A stretch of DNA of 64,000 nucleotides from Chrysomallon squamiferum (Eukaryota; Animalia; Mollusca), in NCBI GenBank assembly GCA_012295275.1, contig CM022672.1, positions 5,270,001 through 5,334,000 on the forward strand, given 5' to 3'. Both the position numbers and the translations under genes were made by a program. Below, piece by piece: positions 12,551-27,646 of the stretch; the stretch's first letter is position 1; each line of letters starts with the position of its first letter. The notes below the pieces were generated by a model, which saw only the letters and a list, made by a program, of their open reading frames with translations, searched no databases and was not told the DNA's origin.

Positions 12551-13593
12551 TACACACAGTGTCTCTTCTCTCTAGCCGATTTCGCTGAATTTATGAAACA
12601 AAATGGAAAACGCAGACGAACGCGTGAAAACAAATCCGACTGCAACTGCTGCTCGCAACAAAAACTCGTAGACTAACTCTCGTCACGGGTGAACGTTCCC
12701 GCTCTCCGGTTCGCAGATCACGCGATACAATGCGAGAGTGAACTTCGGGAACGTTCGGCAACTTTGGGAGGATAAGATTTTTCAGCACTTGTTAAGTTAT
12801 ACTTCTCAAACAGGCAGTGTGGTGCACCTGTTGGGATTCTGACCCGTGGCGCGCCGGGCCAAGAGAACTGCGGAGGTATACAGACAAAACTGGTGAAGTG
12901 AAATACACATGGAAACTGAATTAAGCGTTAATTGACAACTCAGTGTGTGTATCGGCGGGGTTCAGGCGGTACGAGAGAGGCAGGCGCGCGATTCATGAGA
13001 AAACACGCGAAGTGACTTCATGCATGCGAAATTAATAAATAAATTTAGCGAATAAAATGTACAGGGATGATATATATATATATATATATATATCATCATT
13101 ATCATCATTAGCAGTAATCGTGATATATTTTCTCCTAGTATAAGAAATGACCCAGTAACTACAACAGCCTCTGCTTCTACTACTACCACGACCATCGCCA
13201 CTACTACTACTACTACTACTACTCCTACTGTTAATGTCGATACGGTCAGTCCTGCACTAAACATTTAAGATTCACTAAGAGCAGTTTTAGTCTATGTAAT
13301 GTAGTCTTTCATTTTTTTCCCGTTTTGTCTTTCTCTCTTTCTGTCTCTTTATTCCCCTCTCTCTTTCTCTTTCTATCTCTGTCTTTCTTTCTTCTGTCCG
13401 ACTGTCTGGCTGTCCCCCATTTCTCTCGTTATTTTTACGTACTTGTCGTTTTTCACGAAATAATTTCAACAATACTTCAGTAAAGCTTTGTTGTCCGTCA
13501 TATTTATTTTTGTTCAGTGATAATTTAAGGGGAAAAAAGCCCCAGTACACTCACACGGTAGTTACTTCATTATTATTATTATTATTATTATTA

Positions 13594-13624
<31 letters not shown>

Positions 13625-13947
13625 TATATATAGATTGGCAGCAAGGAATGTAATCAACATTAAATATACAATATAGTTAGGGGAATTGAATAATCTATTT
13701 GATCTTATATATATATATATATATATTTTAATTAATAATGTTGAATTATTTGTTTGAAATTAAAACATATATGTTATTTAATAATGTTGAATTATCTAAT
13801 TATAATATTAAATATTCATTATATTTAACAACGTTGAAGAACCTATTTAACATACATTGTCTGACACTAAAACAAAACCTGTACATAAAAATATTTCGCC
13901 ATAAGAAAACATTCAACTCTCAAGACGATATATGTTTTGTTGGTGTT

Positions 13948-13978
<31 letters not shown>

Positions 13979-14576
13979 CAAAAATGACTGTAGTTTTCCA
14001 CAATACTACGTACCTACTTTGATTCTGTACTGTTATATCATTTCTGAAAATGAAATCAACATAGTTAGACTGAAATGAATGGTATGTTATCACTGAAACA
14101 TACGCTCGAGAAAGTTTTCATAAAAATAGAGATTTTTAATGAAAAAAAAAAAAAAAAAAAAAAAAAGAATAGTAATTGCCCGGATATGCACACTGAGCTC
14201 ACCAGTTGGCAAGGCAGCTGCTGTTTGCCATTGACATAGATTTTTTACTTAATTTCAGTGTTTTAGGTTTCAAAATTACTTTTCCGTATGCATGATGATT
14301 ATATGCACTTTCGATGATTTTTTTATTTTTTATTTTTTTGAACTAGACATAATCGGAGTTAAAGTTTCTCCCTCGTTCTAAGGCGTGTCGCATTTTTATT
14401 AATTATAAACGTTAATAACAACATTTCTTAACGTAAATACATTTATTTCTTGTAAATAATATAACTTCTATAATGATATTTACAAAATTATTATAAAAAA
14501 AAAAAAGTGGTACGGTAGGTGTTAAGTCATTCTTTCTTGTTCTTCCATTAGTCGCACTTAAAATAATTACATAACC

Positions 14577-14638
<62 letters not shown>

Positions 14639-15843
14639 GATAACTGTAATAAAAACGTTATCAAAGTTTTATCTTTACGTTCTAAGATATAATTATATTA
14701 CAGAACGTAAAAATAAAACTTTTGCATTATTTAAAAAAAAATTATTTTTTAAATAAAAAAAAAACATAAAAAGAAGAGTAAAAATTCTTTCAGCTTCTTC
14801 CACACGTCGCATTTGAAATAATTTTATTTTTATAGAACGTAACAGTCAAATTTTTATATTATTAAAAAAAAAAAAAAAAAAAAAATTCTAATGCCAGACT
14901 TAAAAGGCCATCAAAGCAAGGTTCTTCCATGCGTAGCACTCAAAATAATTATTTAGTTTTTATAACTGTACTTCATTTATTTCTTGTAGATATATAACTT
15001 TTATAATATTTTTGAATTTAATATTTTTTATAATACTTCTAACAGATTCAAATGTTGATTATTTTATCCTCTTCCTTATTACAGTTATCTTTATTATTAT
15101 TATTATTATTATTATTCAACATATTTAGTTTTGGCTTTATAGGTAGTGCTGTTAATATATATATATGCTTTTTCTATGTATAGCATTATAACTGTACTTA
15201 TTGTTAGATGAATAGTAAATACAGATTTTTCATTCTACTTTCTGTCCTAAGAATTACATATTATCTTGATAATGCAAAATAAAACTATATTGGTGAATTG
15301 CGGTATACTGAAGCATTTGATCATACAACGCAAACTGCAATATCTCTCGGTTATTTTCATCGATTTTAGTTCAAATGAGAAAACAATTAAAATAAATATA
15401 TAATTATTTTCGTTCATGTTTCCATTAAATATATAAAGGACGAAATAATAATTATATTATTATAGATGGTAAGCTTAATTAACGATAGTGTGCGTGTGTG
15501 CGTGTGTGAGCGTGCGTGTTTAATGGAATTAGATAGAGAAAGTAATACAGAGAATGAGAGAAGAAAAGAAAGAAAAAGAGAAAGAAGAATGAGATTATTA
15601 TTATTATTATAATTATTATTATTATTATTATTAACATTGCTATTGGTATACATTTTTTACTGGTGAGGCAAATCGTAAAGAAATTAATGATTTAATACAA
15701 TTTGATAAATATTTTATATGAAAACTTTGTTTTCATAGCATTACATTTTCAGTTCCAAATATTAAAAAACAGTCATTAAAAACTTCTTCTTCTTCTTCTG
15801 AAACTCAGTTTATTATAACAAAACACTAAACATTTCACTCTCT

Positions 15844-15880
<37 letters not shown>

Positions 15881-16588
15881 CATACGCGAAACAATCATTC
15901 ACAATTCAAGAGTAATCAGCAATCACATCTGATGCGAAAACAACATTTTTAATCACATCTGAAAAGTGAAACTACAAAAGCGGGTAATTCGGTACGTTTT
16001 TCATCCTACTGGAAACCTAAAAAAAAAAAAAAAAAAATAATAAAAATAATAATAATAACCCGAACACATTCGTTCTCTACGTTTACATAATATTTATCAT
16101 ATCCATACACAAACCCAAGTCATGATATTATTTTATACGTGTCTACACAATGGCCCAGCGCTTGTCATTTTAATTAGGTCCTTGCACACGCACAAGCGAA
16201 CATAAAACAAATTAAATATTAAAGAGACTAGCTCAGTTAGGCCCGGGTAATTAGTCTCCAGAGACTGAGCATTTCATTTTCAGATGTGTTTCACAATTAT
16301 GATATTTCCTCGCGAATTTTGATTCTCTGTCGACTGTTGTATGTTCTTAACCCTCTTACCAAAGAGCTGATGAAAAAAAAAAAAAAAAAAGATCACTGGA
16401 AACGTCGCTGTTAAATAAAGTTGCCGTCCATGAATAAGGCAGAGTTTCGCTATTAGCAGGTTTTTGCCTTGTTTTGTGTCTTACGGTTGTTTTTTAAAAT
16501 TATTATTTCTTATTTAACGTAGCAATATCTTCTTCACCTGGATCAAAGTGTTTATAGTTATGTTAGAATATATTACTTTTTTTTATCT

Positions 16589-17830
<1,242 letters not shown>

Positions 17831-19051
17831 AACAATAGAAACAAGAACTAGAAGAATAACGATATTAATAAACAATTTAAATTAAAATTAAATAAACAAA
17901 ACTTAAATTATCTTTCACGAAGTGCGAATTAAGCCGAGATAAAATTAATATGAGAACTAAAACGAGAAATGAAAATATCAAGATGTTATTGTTTTAAAAG
18001 ATAAAATTAAATAAGACGATATTCAGCAATTTAATGGACATAGGGAAACAGTCAAATAAATTAAAAGTGGATTTGAAATAAGAGAAGAAGAAACAAAAAA
18101 ATCATCGGAATTAATGTGACAAAAATGTGATTTAAAAGAGAAAATTCACAATCCGTATTCCAGTCTAAAAATAAATTATGAAATTTTAAAAAAGACTGGA
18201 AGGAAATAAAAATAATAAATGGTCCTACGAATAATACTGGGATTAAAAAAAAAAAAAATGAAGAGAACGATAAAAGAAGATATATGTTCAAAATGGGAAT
18301 TGCTAAATAATAACACTAAATATCAATAATTTAGAACAAGAAAAAACTCAGATAATACAATCACATAGATTAAATGCAAATTCAATAAATACAAAGCGAC
18401 GTCCCAGTCGATATACTTTTTCATTTTGTTTTTAAATTTATTTTATTGTTTGTTTTTGTTTCGTTTTTCGGTTTGTTTTTTAACGCCTCTCTCTATCACG
18501 CATTCCGCTCACGCGCTTTTACGCACACTTTTTCGGTTACCGTACCCTAGAGAATTACCAGGCTTAAAAAAAAAAAAAAAAAAAAAACAAATAAAATATA
18601 AAAAAATAAAAAAACAATGAGAAAAAAAGAAAAAGAAAACAACACCAGTCATGTCAGTTTTACTTTAGTAACAATGCAATGACGTTTTCCATTTAATTCT
18701 AACTCGGAGCCTTTCTGTCAACGTACTTTGTATATTCCGCTAAAGCTTTTCATCGCTAGAAAGCCTTTGCCAACGGTCACGGGGACTCGGAGGAATAACA
18801 AGACACAAAAACCTTCATACATTTTTAATGTCTTGTCATTTTCGTTTGAAAATCTCGTAAATGAAGCATTTGTTTATCGGCAGAGCCTAGCAAGCTAGAT
18901 AACGCGTTTTACGTGCATCCCTCTTTCGTTGATTATTCGTTATTTTAAAAGAAAAGAAGAAAAAAAAAATAATAATAATAATTATTATTATTATTATTTA
19001 TTATTATTTACATTAAAGCAACGTATGATTTTTCAATCTCTTAATGCGTAG

Positions 19052-19094
<43 letters not shown>

Positions 19095-19404
19095 TAAAAG
19101 TAAATATCAGACAGAATAATAAGGTTGAGTTTTCTGTGCTTTCGATTTAATTATGTTCGCCATTAAAAAATTTTCGCGTACATTTCGAGCTGGTAATTTG
19201 CCAGTGTTTACAATGTACGCTCAGTTGTTTTGTTTGAGTAAATATCTCCGTTTTCTTTACTCAAGTGTTTGCTTTAATGATAAAGGTAAAACTGAAATGT
19301 ATTAAATAAATCAAAATATTTTATATAATGGAGTATTTTATATGTATGTGCAGGTAAATGTGTGTGCGTGCGTGCGTGTGTTTGTTTATTTGTGTTTTTT
19401 AAAA

Positions 19405-19438
<34 letters not shown>

Positions 19439-19942
19439 GTGCACATTGTTTTCTACATAATACACATTATAACTTTCAGTTAGTTAAATAAAAGAGGAAA
19501 GAAATTAAATAAATAAATAGATAAATTAAATTAATAATAATAATAAAGAATTATTAAAAGAACGAAAACAGTATTTAAATATTTCGTGATACGTTTCGAG
19601 TTTTTCTGTGCTTTTTTGTCGTTATATTATTTTTCTTCTTTATTTTCTTGGCAAACTTATTGATTATGAAATTCATCTGATGAATTTCAGTTCAGTGACA
19701 ATGTAAAGCAGGTTTCATTTGGTGTAGGTAAAACTTTATAAAAGTATGTAAATGTTGTGTGTGTCAGTGTTGATAAAATATATATATATATATAACAGTT
19801 TTATACGAAATTAAATCAGATATGAAATCATTTCTGAATCATGAAAATTAATTAATAATTAAAAGGGAAAGAAAAGAGTTAGAAACAATTACAGCATCAA
19901 AGTTGGTATTTTCACAATACTTTGTCAAAATACAAAAACAAA

Positions 19943-19987
<45 letters not shown>

Positions 19988-20745
19988 TTTTTTTTTTTTT
20001 AAATAATTAAAAAATAAAATAAAATAAAATAAATAAAGTTCCTCCTTTATAATTTATTTCTTGACAAATAAACAAATCACTGTCTAATAATAATATACAT
20101 GATTATGCCTATATTTATGTCTGCGTCTGTTTTACTCGCTATTTTAGAGTCTTGACTGTGTAAAAAATAGTTAACACAACAATAATTATAAAAAAAAAAC
20201 AATTAAAAAGTAATTTAAAAAGTATATTAAAAAGTAAAAACTTGATCATTTTTGTCAATCTTATCTTTCTCGTAATCAATTTATTTTTTTTTTTTTTTCA
20301 TTTTATTTTTTTCCTTCACTTTTTTATTTTTTTTTTTTTTTTAATTTTCTATTTTCTTTCTGTTTTTCTCAGATGATCCAGTCAATAAGAAACCAGAGTG
20401 ACATCTGGGAGCGAAAAATCCGAGAAATTAAACATACTTCTGACGTCAGTAACAGTGAAGAAAAAAACACACAATAATGCTCATGTTTTGTATTGTTTTC
20501 TTTGATTGCACACGGTAACGTAACAGCTAAATTTGACTGTGTGAGATCACCACGGAATCCTGCCACAGAACTGCAGTGTGCTATAAACAGATTATTTTTT
20601 AAATGTGGAAAAGACGCACGTAATTATCAGTTGTACTTTTACAACAACGTTTTTTGTATGTTTGTGTGTCCGTACACCTACATGGTGTTTTATGTCTCTA
20701 TATTTGCGTCTCTGAAGGTGAACAATATTTAATATTTAATGTTGC

Positions 20746-20777
<32 letters not shown>

Positions 20778-21773
20778 GAGTGTTTCTGTCTCTCTACACG
20801 TGTTTTTATACTAATGGAAATGTAGCAGAGTCTATTTGACATAATATTCGCCGTTTTGGTTCGCTGTTAAAACTTGTAAAAATTATGAAGCATGGAGGGA
20901 AAAGTGCCCATATGTGTCTGTGTGTTCATTTCGCCATTTCGTGTTTACATTAATTAGTACGTTAATAGATTCAACAACGCCGACACCGCCTCCGTTGATC
21001 TTTATCAGAGTGATGGCGTCCCCTCGCCTCGCGTGCACGACAGCCACGCCCGCGCTCTTCGTGCGTGTAAAACAAAACAACGTTCTGTCGGCGGGGACAA
21101 TGGGCCCGGCCAGTGGACAGATGGGGTCTATTAATTGCCATTAAAATGAAAGACAAAAAGTGGCAAAAACGATTCTCCCTCGCCTCGTCCTATCAGCCCT
21201 GCCCGTAATAAACGCGATGATGCAATTTTTATAATGACCCTTCATTTGGGAGGAGGGGGGGGAAATAAATATTCGATCACTTTCCCCGTTACTCCTTTGA
21301 TCTGCTTCGTGAAATGTACCTGTTTTTCGAACACGCCCACCTAGGGAGAAAATTACAGTGCCGAGCTATCTGGACTGTTTGCATTGTGTTTCGGATTAGC
21401 TGTAATCTTTATGGAAGTAGTTAATTAACGCGGAAGCGGCTTCGTCGTTTAAGAATTTTTACATAGCCTCCGTGACCTATTGTCAGCCCCCTTTCGGAAT
21501 ATAATGAGGTGGAAAATGAAATTAATCCTGGACCACGTTAATTCGCCGGCAAAACGCTCGGGTAATGGCGAGCGAGGAGAGACAATGCTAATACAGACGT
21601 ATCGAATAACGGTGCATTCTGTTAAGCGTTCTGGCCAGTTGGCGCGCTCTGCATCATCCACAGTTTTATGTCTTCGAGTTCAAAGACACGAGAATTATTT
21701 TCTTAACTGCCTTTGTAAAAAAATAAAAATTAAAAAGATTAATGGATGGATGGATTTGATGGAGGGAGGGAGG

Positions 21774-21778
<5 letters not shown>

Positions 21779-21851
<73 letters not shown>
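21779..21851. repeat. (GA)n microsatellite
   Basis: Seen directly. Confidence 0.95.
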
Positions 21852-21853
<2 letters not shown>

Positions 21854-22949
21854 ATGAGGTTTATGCTATGCCTATGCTATGTTATGTTATGCTGTGCAAT
21901 GCGACACTACTCTACACCATACTATTCAATATTAAACAAGAAGAGAACATACAATATTATACATTATATCACATTACATCTGGGCATAATGACTAAGAAG
22001 AAAGATTATATTATATTATATTATATTAATATTTTTTATATTCATACATAATTACGTTTCATTTATCGCATTTAAAAAAAAAAAATGTATAAAGTAAAAC
22101 TTACTTTAAAATAACTTACTTTAGATTAATAAAAATATCCGAGTTAAACTAGAACTCAGTAGTAAAACACTTTCTTATAATGTGTCAATATTATAACAAT
22201 ATTTTAACTTAAATAAATATACGTACGTAAGTATATTTACCACAAATATATATCTATATATCTAGATATATATTCGTTTAATTTATTATGATTTATTATT
22301 ATTATTATTATTTAAATTATTTTAGTTTTACTAAATCGGAAATAGATAACTGATCAGTTGACTTTTCTCGAAATTTAGTTTCGGAATTAAGGTTGATTAA
22401 GGATAAATATTTTAATTTGAAATATTAAAAAGCGATATAAAACTAACAGTGAAACAGCAATTAATTGCCTATTACTTAAATGTGAAATTTTGTACTTGAA
22501 AAGAAAAGAAAATATCCAAATAGTTTTCGTAAAATGAAACCAAAAATTATTTAATTGTTTACAGAGTACCATTGTTCTTGTGTATTGTCTCCTAATAACA
22601 ATATCTCGTTGGCTTTATGGTTTCTATTAAATTTTTAATATAAAATGTTACGATTATTTTGTTATTAATTTCGACATATAATTATCATTTCTTTAATATT
22701 TTTTTCTTTCTCTAAAATAATATTTTGCATCCACAAGCGCCACCATTACCAATAACAATGGTGCTATAACTATTACTATTACTACTACTAACAACAATAA
22801 CAACAACAACAATAATAAAAGTAATAATAATAATAATAATAATTGTTATAAGTTATTTATTTGTTTATTTATTAGTTATCATTATTACTATTTTCTTATT
22901 ATTATCAACATCAATATTATTATTGTCATTATTATTATATTTATGATTA

Positions 22950-23002
22950 TGATTATTATTATTATTGCTATTACAATTATTATTATTATTATTATTTGAT
23001 GA

Positions 23003-23067
<65 letters not shown>

Positions 23068-23175
23068 GTAGTTATAACAATTATTATTATTATTGTTATT
23101 ACTATTGTTATTACTATTATTATTACTATTATTATAGTTATTGTAGTTATTGTAGTTATAACAATTATTATTACT
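22950..23175. repeat. Degenerate (ATT)n tract
   Basis: Seen directly; boundaries approximate. Confidence 0.9.
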
Positions 23176-24297
23176 ATTTAATCACGTCTTAATGAGTTCG
23201 TTGACAGACAAGACACAAGATAAACACGTGTCCGGGGATGACGACGCTACAAAAGAACACACCTGATGCGCGGAGACGTCATCAACAATTCACGAAGTCG
23301 CTACAACGGCAGCGTCGACGGCGCTGCATGCTCGACCTACTTCAGCGGCCACGTTTGTCTCTTTTATCTCGCAAAGCGTTCACAGCTGAATAGAGAGCGC
23401 GCCTTGTCGCCTAATCACGTCTTTAACTGGCGAGTTTCTATCAGCTTGTTTCACGAGGAATGTTTCACCGTTATTTATTAATTAACTGCAAAAAGACCTC
23501 CACGTTCTCCGACGTGCGACAGAAATGTTTCAGCAGCCGAGGGAGTTGTTGTTGATGTTGTTTTTCAAAGTTGTAGAAAAAAAAAAAAAAAAAAAGCTGC
23601 AGAGATAAGCGAACGTACGCGCTTCATTCATTATTTAATTTATAGCTGCGCGCGCGCGCGCGGAGGAGGAGGGAGGTGGGGGTTAGACAGAAATAAATAA
23701 ATAAATAAATAAGTAAATGAATATGTTTTTATAATACCAGGTTTTTCAAGCACGCTGTTGTTGGAAGGTCTAGAAATCGATTTGTAATTTTTTTTTTTTT
23801 TTATTTTTTTTTTTTTTGCGGTTAGGCTCAAAGGGATTTCTACCCGTTATTTTGTGAGAGACACACAAATAATATTTTTAAAAAAAGTACAAGAACAGTA
23901 TAGAAATATATTAACAAGACAACTGTTTATTGGAACAGATATTTTACGTTTGTTACAGATTAAAAAGCGATTATCATTTTCCTAATAAATATATATATAT
24001 ATTCTTGAAAACACAAGAACAGAAAATTAGATAAAATAAAATAAAATCGAAAAAAAAAAAAAAAAACGAAACAAAACAAAACGAAACGAAAGAATAAATG
24101 AATAATTAATTAAATAAAATTAAAAATAAATAAATAAATAAATAAGTAAATTAATTAATTAAATAATGTAAATATAAATAAAAATTAATTTTAAAAAAAA
24201 CATAACAAACAAAAAAACAAAAAAAAAACAACAACGAAATTAAATTGAAATTGTGCTTACATTAGACATGTGCTGTCTGTTGTTACGTGATTATTAA

Positions 24298-24345
24298 TAC
24301 CAGTTGTACCAGTTGTACCAGTTGTACCAGTTGTATCAGTTGTAT
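24298..24345. repeat. 9-bp tandem repeat (TACCAGTTG)x5
   Basis: Four exact units then TATCAGTTG. Confidence 0.92.
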
Positions 24346-24584
24346 CTGTTTTATCTTTTATCTCTGTGTTACTTGACAGGTCATTCTAAATTTATTTTAT
24401 TTTATTTTTTATTTTATTTTATTTTATTTTGTTTTTATTTATATATATTTAGTTATGTTAGTTGAGATTATTAATAATTGTAATAACTGCCATTTTGGAT
24501 TTATTTGTCTAGGTTTGTTTTACTGCTTTGTTTCGCAAACTAAACTCTATTATTGCTTCTGTAAAATATTTATTCTATAATTTA

Positions 24585-24641
<57 letters not shown>

Positions 24642-27021
24642 TGTTACCTTATTATTTATTATCTTGAAGAAAATCACAAGTACAAAAACAAAACAAAAAC
24701 CCCAAACCAAATCTGATTTAAAAATTAAAAAATAAGTTTTAACATTTTTGCCGCTTTCAAAATATGTTGTAAGCTAGAAGTTAAGTAAATGATTACTTTA
24801 TGAAAAATAGAAATAAAAAATAATAACAATTATATTTTTATTTTCATATCGGTTATTTATTATTCAATTATTTCAAATTATTATTCAATATATCTTTATT
24901 TTTATTTTCGTAAATTATTTAATTCATTCATTCCAATTTATTATATCGAATTATTTTTATCTTTTTTTATTCTATTTTGTTTTTGTTTATTTGTGAAGAT
25001 ATTAAGATATTTGTTTAGTTAAATTTTGTAAAATAAATTGGCGCATTCAAAAATGTATTGTTAAAAATAATTCTACGTTATTTAATGTTAATTGTAAGTT
25101 ACTATCACCAGCTATTAATAAATAATTATTTATATGAATCATTAATCGAGAGAACCAACATCTTAAAAAACCAAACAATATCAATATTTTACAAATATTC
25201 TACATATTTGTTTTGGACTGTTTTGTGTTTATATGTTTTTAATAAATACGCATCGCAATTTATTTTTTACAAAAAATAAATAAATTGTTTAGTAATAATT
25301 ATTTTGTTTATAAGTAAATATATTTAAAAGCTATGTGAATATTTCGTTTATATAGATGTTCGCACATATGCAAACAAACGTACATATACGCACATACGCA
25401 AACAAACGTACATACACGCACACACGCTATACGAGGCATGCGCACGCATACAAATATAATTTACACGCGCCAGCATCCACATATACATAAACGCGCGCGC
25501 ATTCAGTCATCCACACATTATCTCACTCACACTCATGCACGCATGCACACTCTCAAACAGATCTGAAATTTAAATCACAGCAATAATTTCAGGAAAAAAA
25601 ACAAAAAAAACCACCAAAAAAAAAAAAAAACCCAACAAAGTGATCTAATGAACAGTTTAAACATAAATGTCTCTAAAATGTAGTTTCGAGTCCGACAAAT
25701 CTACTGAAAATTCCTAGTAGTTAATAGCTTACCTTTCAAACGGAGAGCGGAAAACACGCATTGCCTTTCAATGCCTTTGATCACAGCTTTGTCAAGTGTT
25801 ACTGCAGTTTAGAACGTTTAACTCCACAAAAAACAAAACCAGAATAAAAAAAAAAAAATTAAAAATTAAAAAAAAGTTAAATATTATTTTTTTATATATA
25901 AACGAGGTATTACTATTAGACTTGGCCTTATCAAGAGAACTGAGTAAGAAGATGTTTAATGTCTAATCGCTACACTACACTGACGTCCATTTGCCGTTCG
26001 GCTTGCGTTCTTAAAATATAGAATTGTAATTTTCATCACGAATTACTAGCGCTTATATGCATTATGTAGAAAACGAAAACCCTCATGGAAAATAATCGTG
26101 GCAAAGCCAACTGTGTCGTTTCGCGTTACATCCCGGCGGTGTCATTTTCCCGCGTGCGTTTCGGTCCCGTGTTGCAAAAACGCGCACGAAGTCTCGGCCG
26201 AAAAAAAAATGGCGGTGTGGGGCACGCCGAGGTATTCGACGACATCGCTAAACTCTGGAGAATTTTTGCTATTTTTGGATCAGAAAATGAAACGAGATGA
26301 TGCCAAGGAGGAAAGTTTAGAATTTTCTTTAACTTTCTCTTCTATCTCATCACCACCTCATCAATCAAAAAATCTTTCCCTGAGCTGTTTAAAACAGTAC
26401 CAAAAAAAAATTAAAATTAAAAAAGATTATCGTATTCTCACCCCGACCCTCCATATGTCAGTCACGCGACGCACGTGCCATATGACGACAGTCGTGCACG
26501 CGCAGATAGAGAAAATTCAATTGGGAAGACAGTCATTTATGAAAATTCAACATGATACATATTACCAAGCTCTCGGAGTTCCCTGGGCGCGAGAGACAAT
26601 TTGTCATGGAAAGAAGAATCGGCGGTTTTAATGGCGAAATTGGTTGTAATTCGCCAAGGGGGTATAGATGAATTCGAGTCTTGCATACGACGAGCCATTC
26701 TCTCTACAGGCGACTTAACTAAATATTAGCAGTGCGATAATATTTCCGTGAGGAAATCAGACGTTTATTTCTAAATGTTTAGTTGACCTAAAACTCTCCC
26801 GACGTGAAGCGACGTTAATCATTTTACTTTCTTTTTTTTTTTTTTTTTTTTTTTTTTGATTGTGTTAGGCCACGCCTCCTTATGAATAAAAATTGGCATA
26901 TCCAGTTTTTTTTTATTAAATATAAATAATGAAAATAATGCTGTTAATGAGACAAAATTGTCGCTCAGTTAAAATATTATATGCGTATGTGTCACTAGTT
27001 TTGTTTCTTATAAAAGTTACA

Positions 27022-27030
27022 AGAGAGAGA

Positions 27031-27107
<77 letters not shown>
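27022..27107. repeat. (GA)n microsatellite
   Basis: Seen directly. Confidence 0.95.
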
Positions 27108-27111
<4 letters not shown>

Positions 27112-27460
27112 GAAGATGAGAATAAAAATATATAACATCAACAAAAATGTGTGTATGTGTGTGTGTTTCAGTTTGTACCAAAAAGTTCTATACTGAAAAT
27201 ATAAGACAATAATTTGTTTACTCGTAAAAATACATTTTACTATCACTGGATTTTCCTAGATTTGAATACAATAGAAAGATGTTGGATATAGATCATATTT
27301 GTTTCCAGTTTTCACTAAACAGGAAATCTGCTTTAAAATATCTATTGAAATAATTAACCGTATTTAAATTAAAAGTTGAAATATTTTTTACTTTAATTAA
27401 AAATAAGTTGTAAAATAAACCAATAACCAACAACAATAATAATAAAATTAATGAAGTTTC

Positions 27461-27506
<46 letters not shown>

Positions 27507-27609
27507 TAATAATAATAATGATAATAATAGTCATAATAATAATTATTACTGCATCATCAATTATTACTAATCCTATTACATATACTACTACCGCTACTTC
27601 ATCTACTGC

Positions 27610-27646
<37 letters not shown>

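Noticed and set aside
12812-12835. GGCAGTGTGGT match to the miR-34 5' end
   Set aside because: Only about 11 nt match and no complementary star arm.
20372-20476. Strong acceptor followed by a 34-codon ORF (MIQSIRNQSDIWERKIREIKHTSDVSNSEEKNTQ)
   Set aside because: T-rich tracts are ubiquitous here, there is no partner exon and no homology is recognised. It cannot be supported without RNA data.
20580-20630. INRLFFKC resembling COE exon 7 (DRFFLKFFLKC)
   Set aside because: Upstream of exon 1, lacks the NQNCLKNAGNPRD motif, chance similarity.
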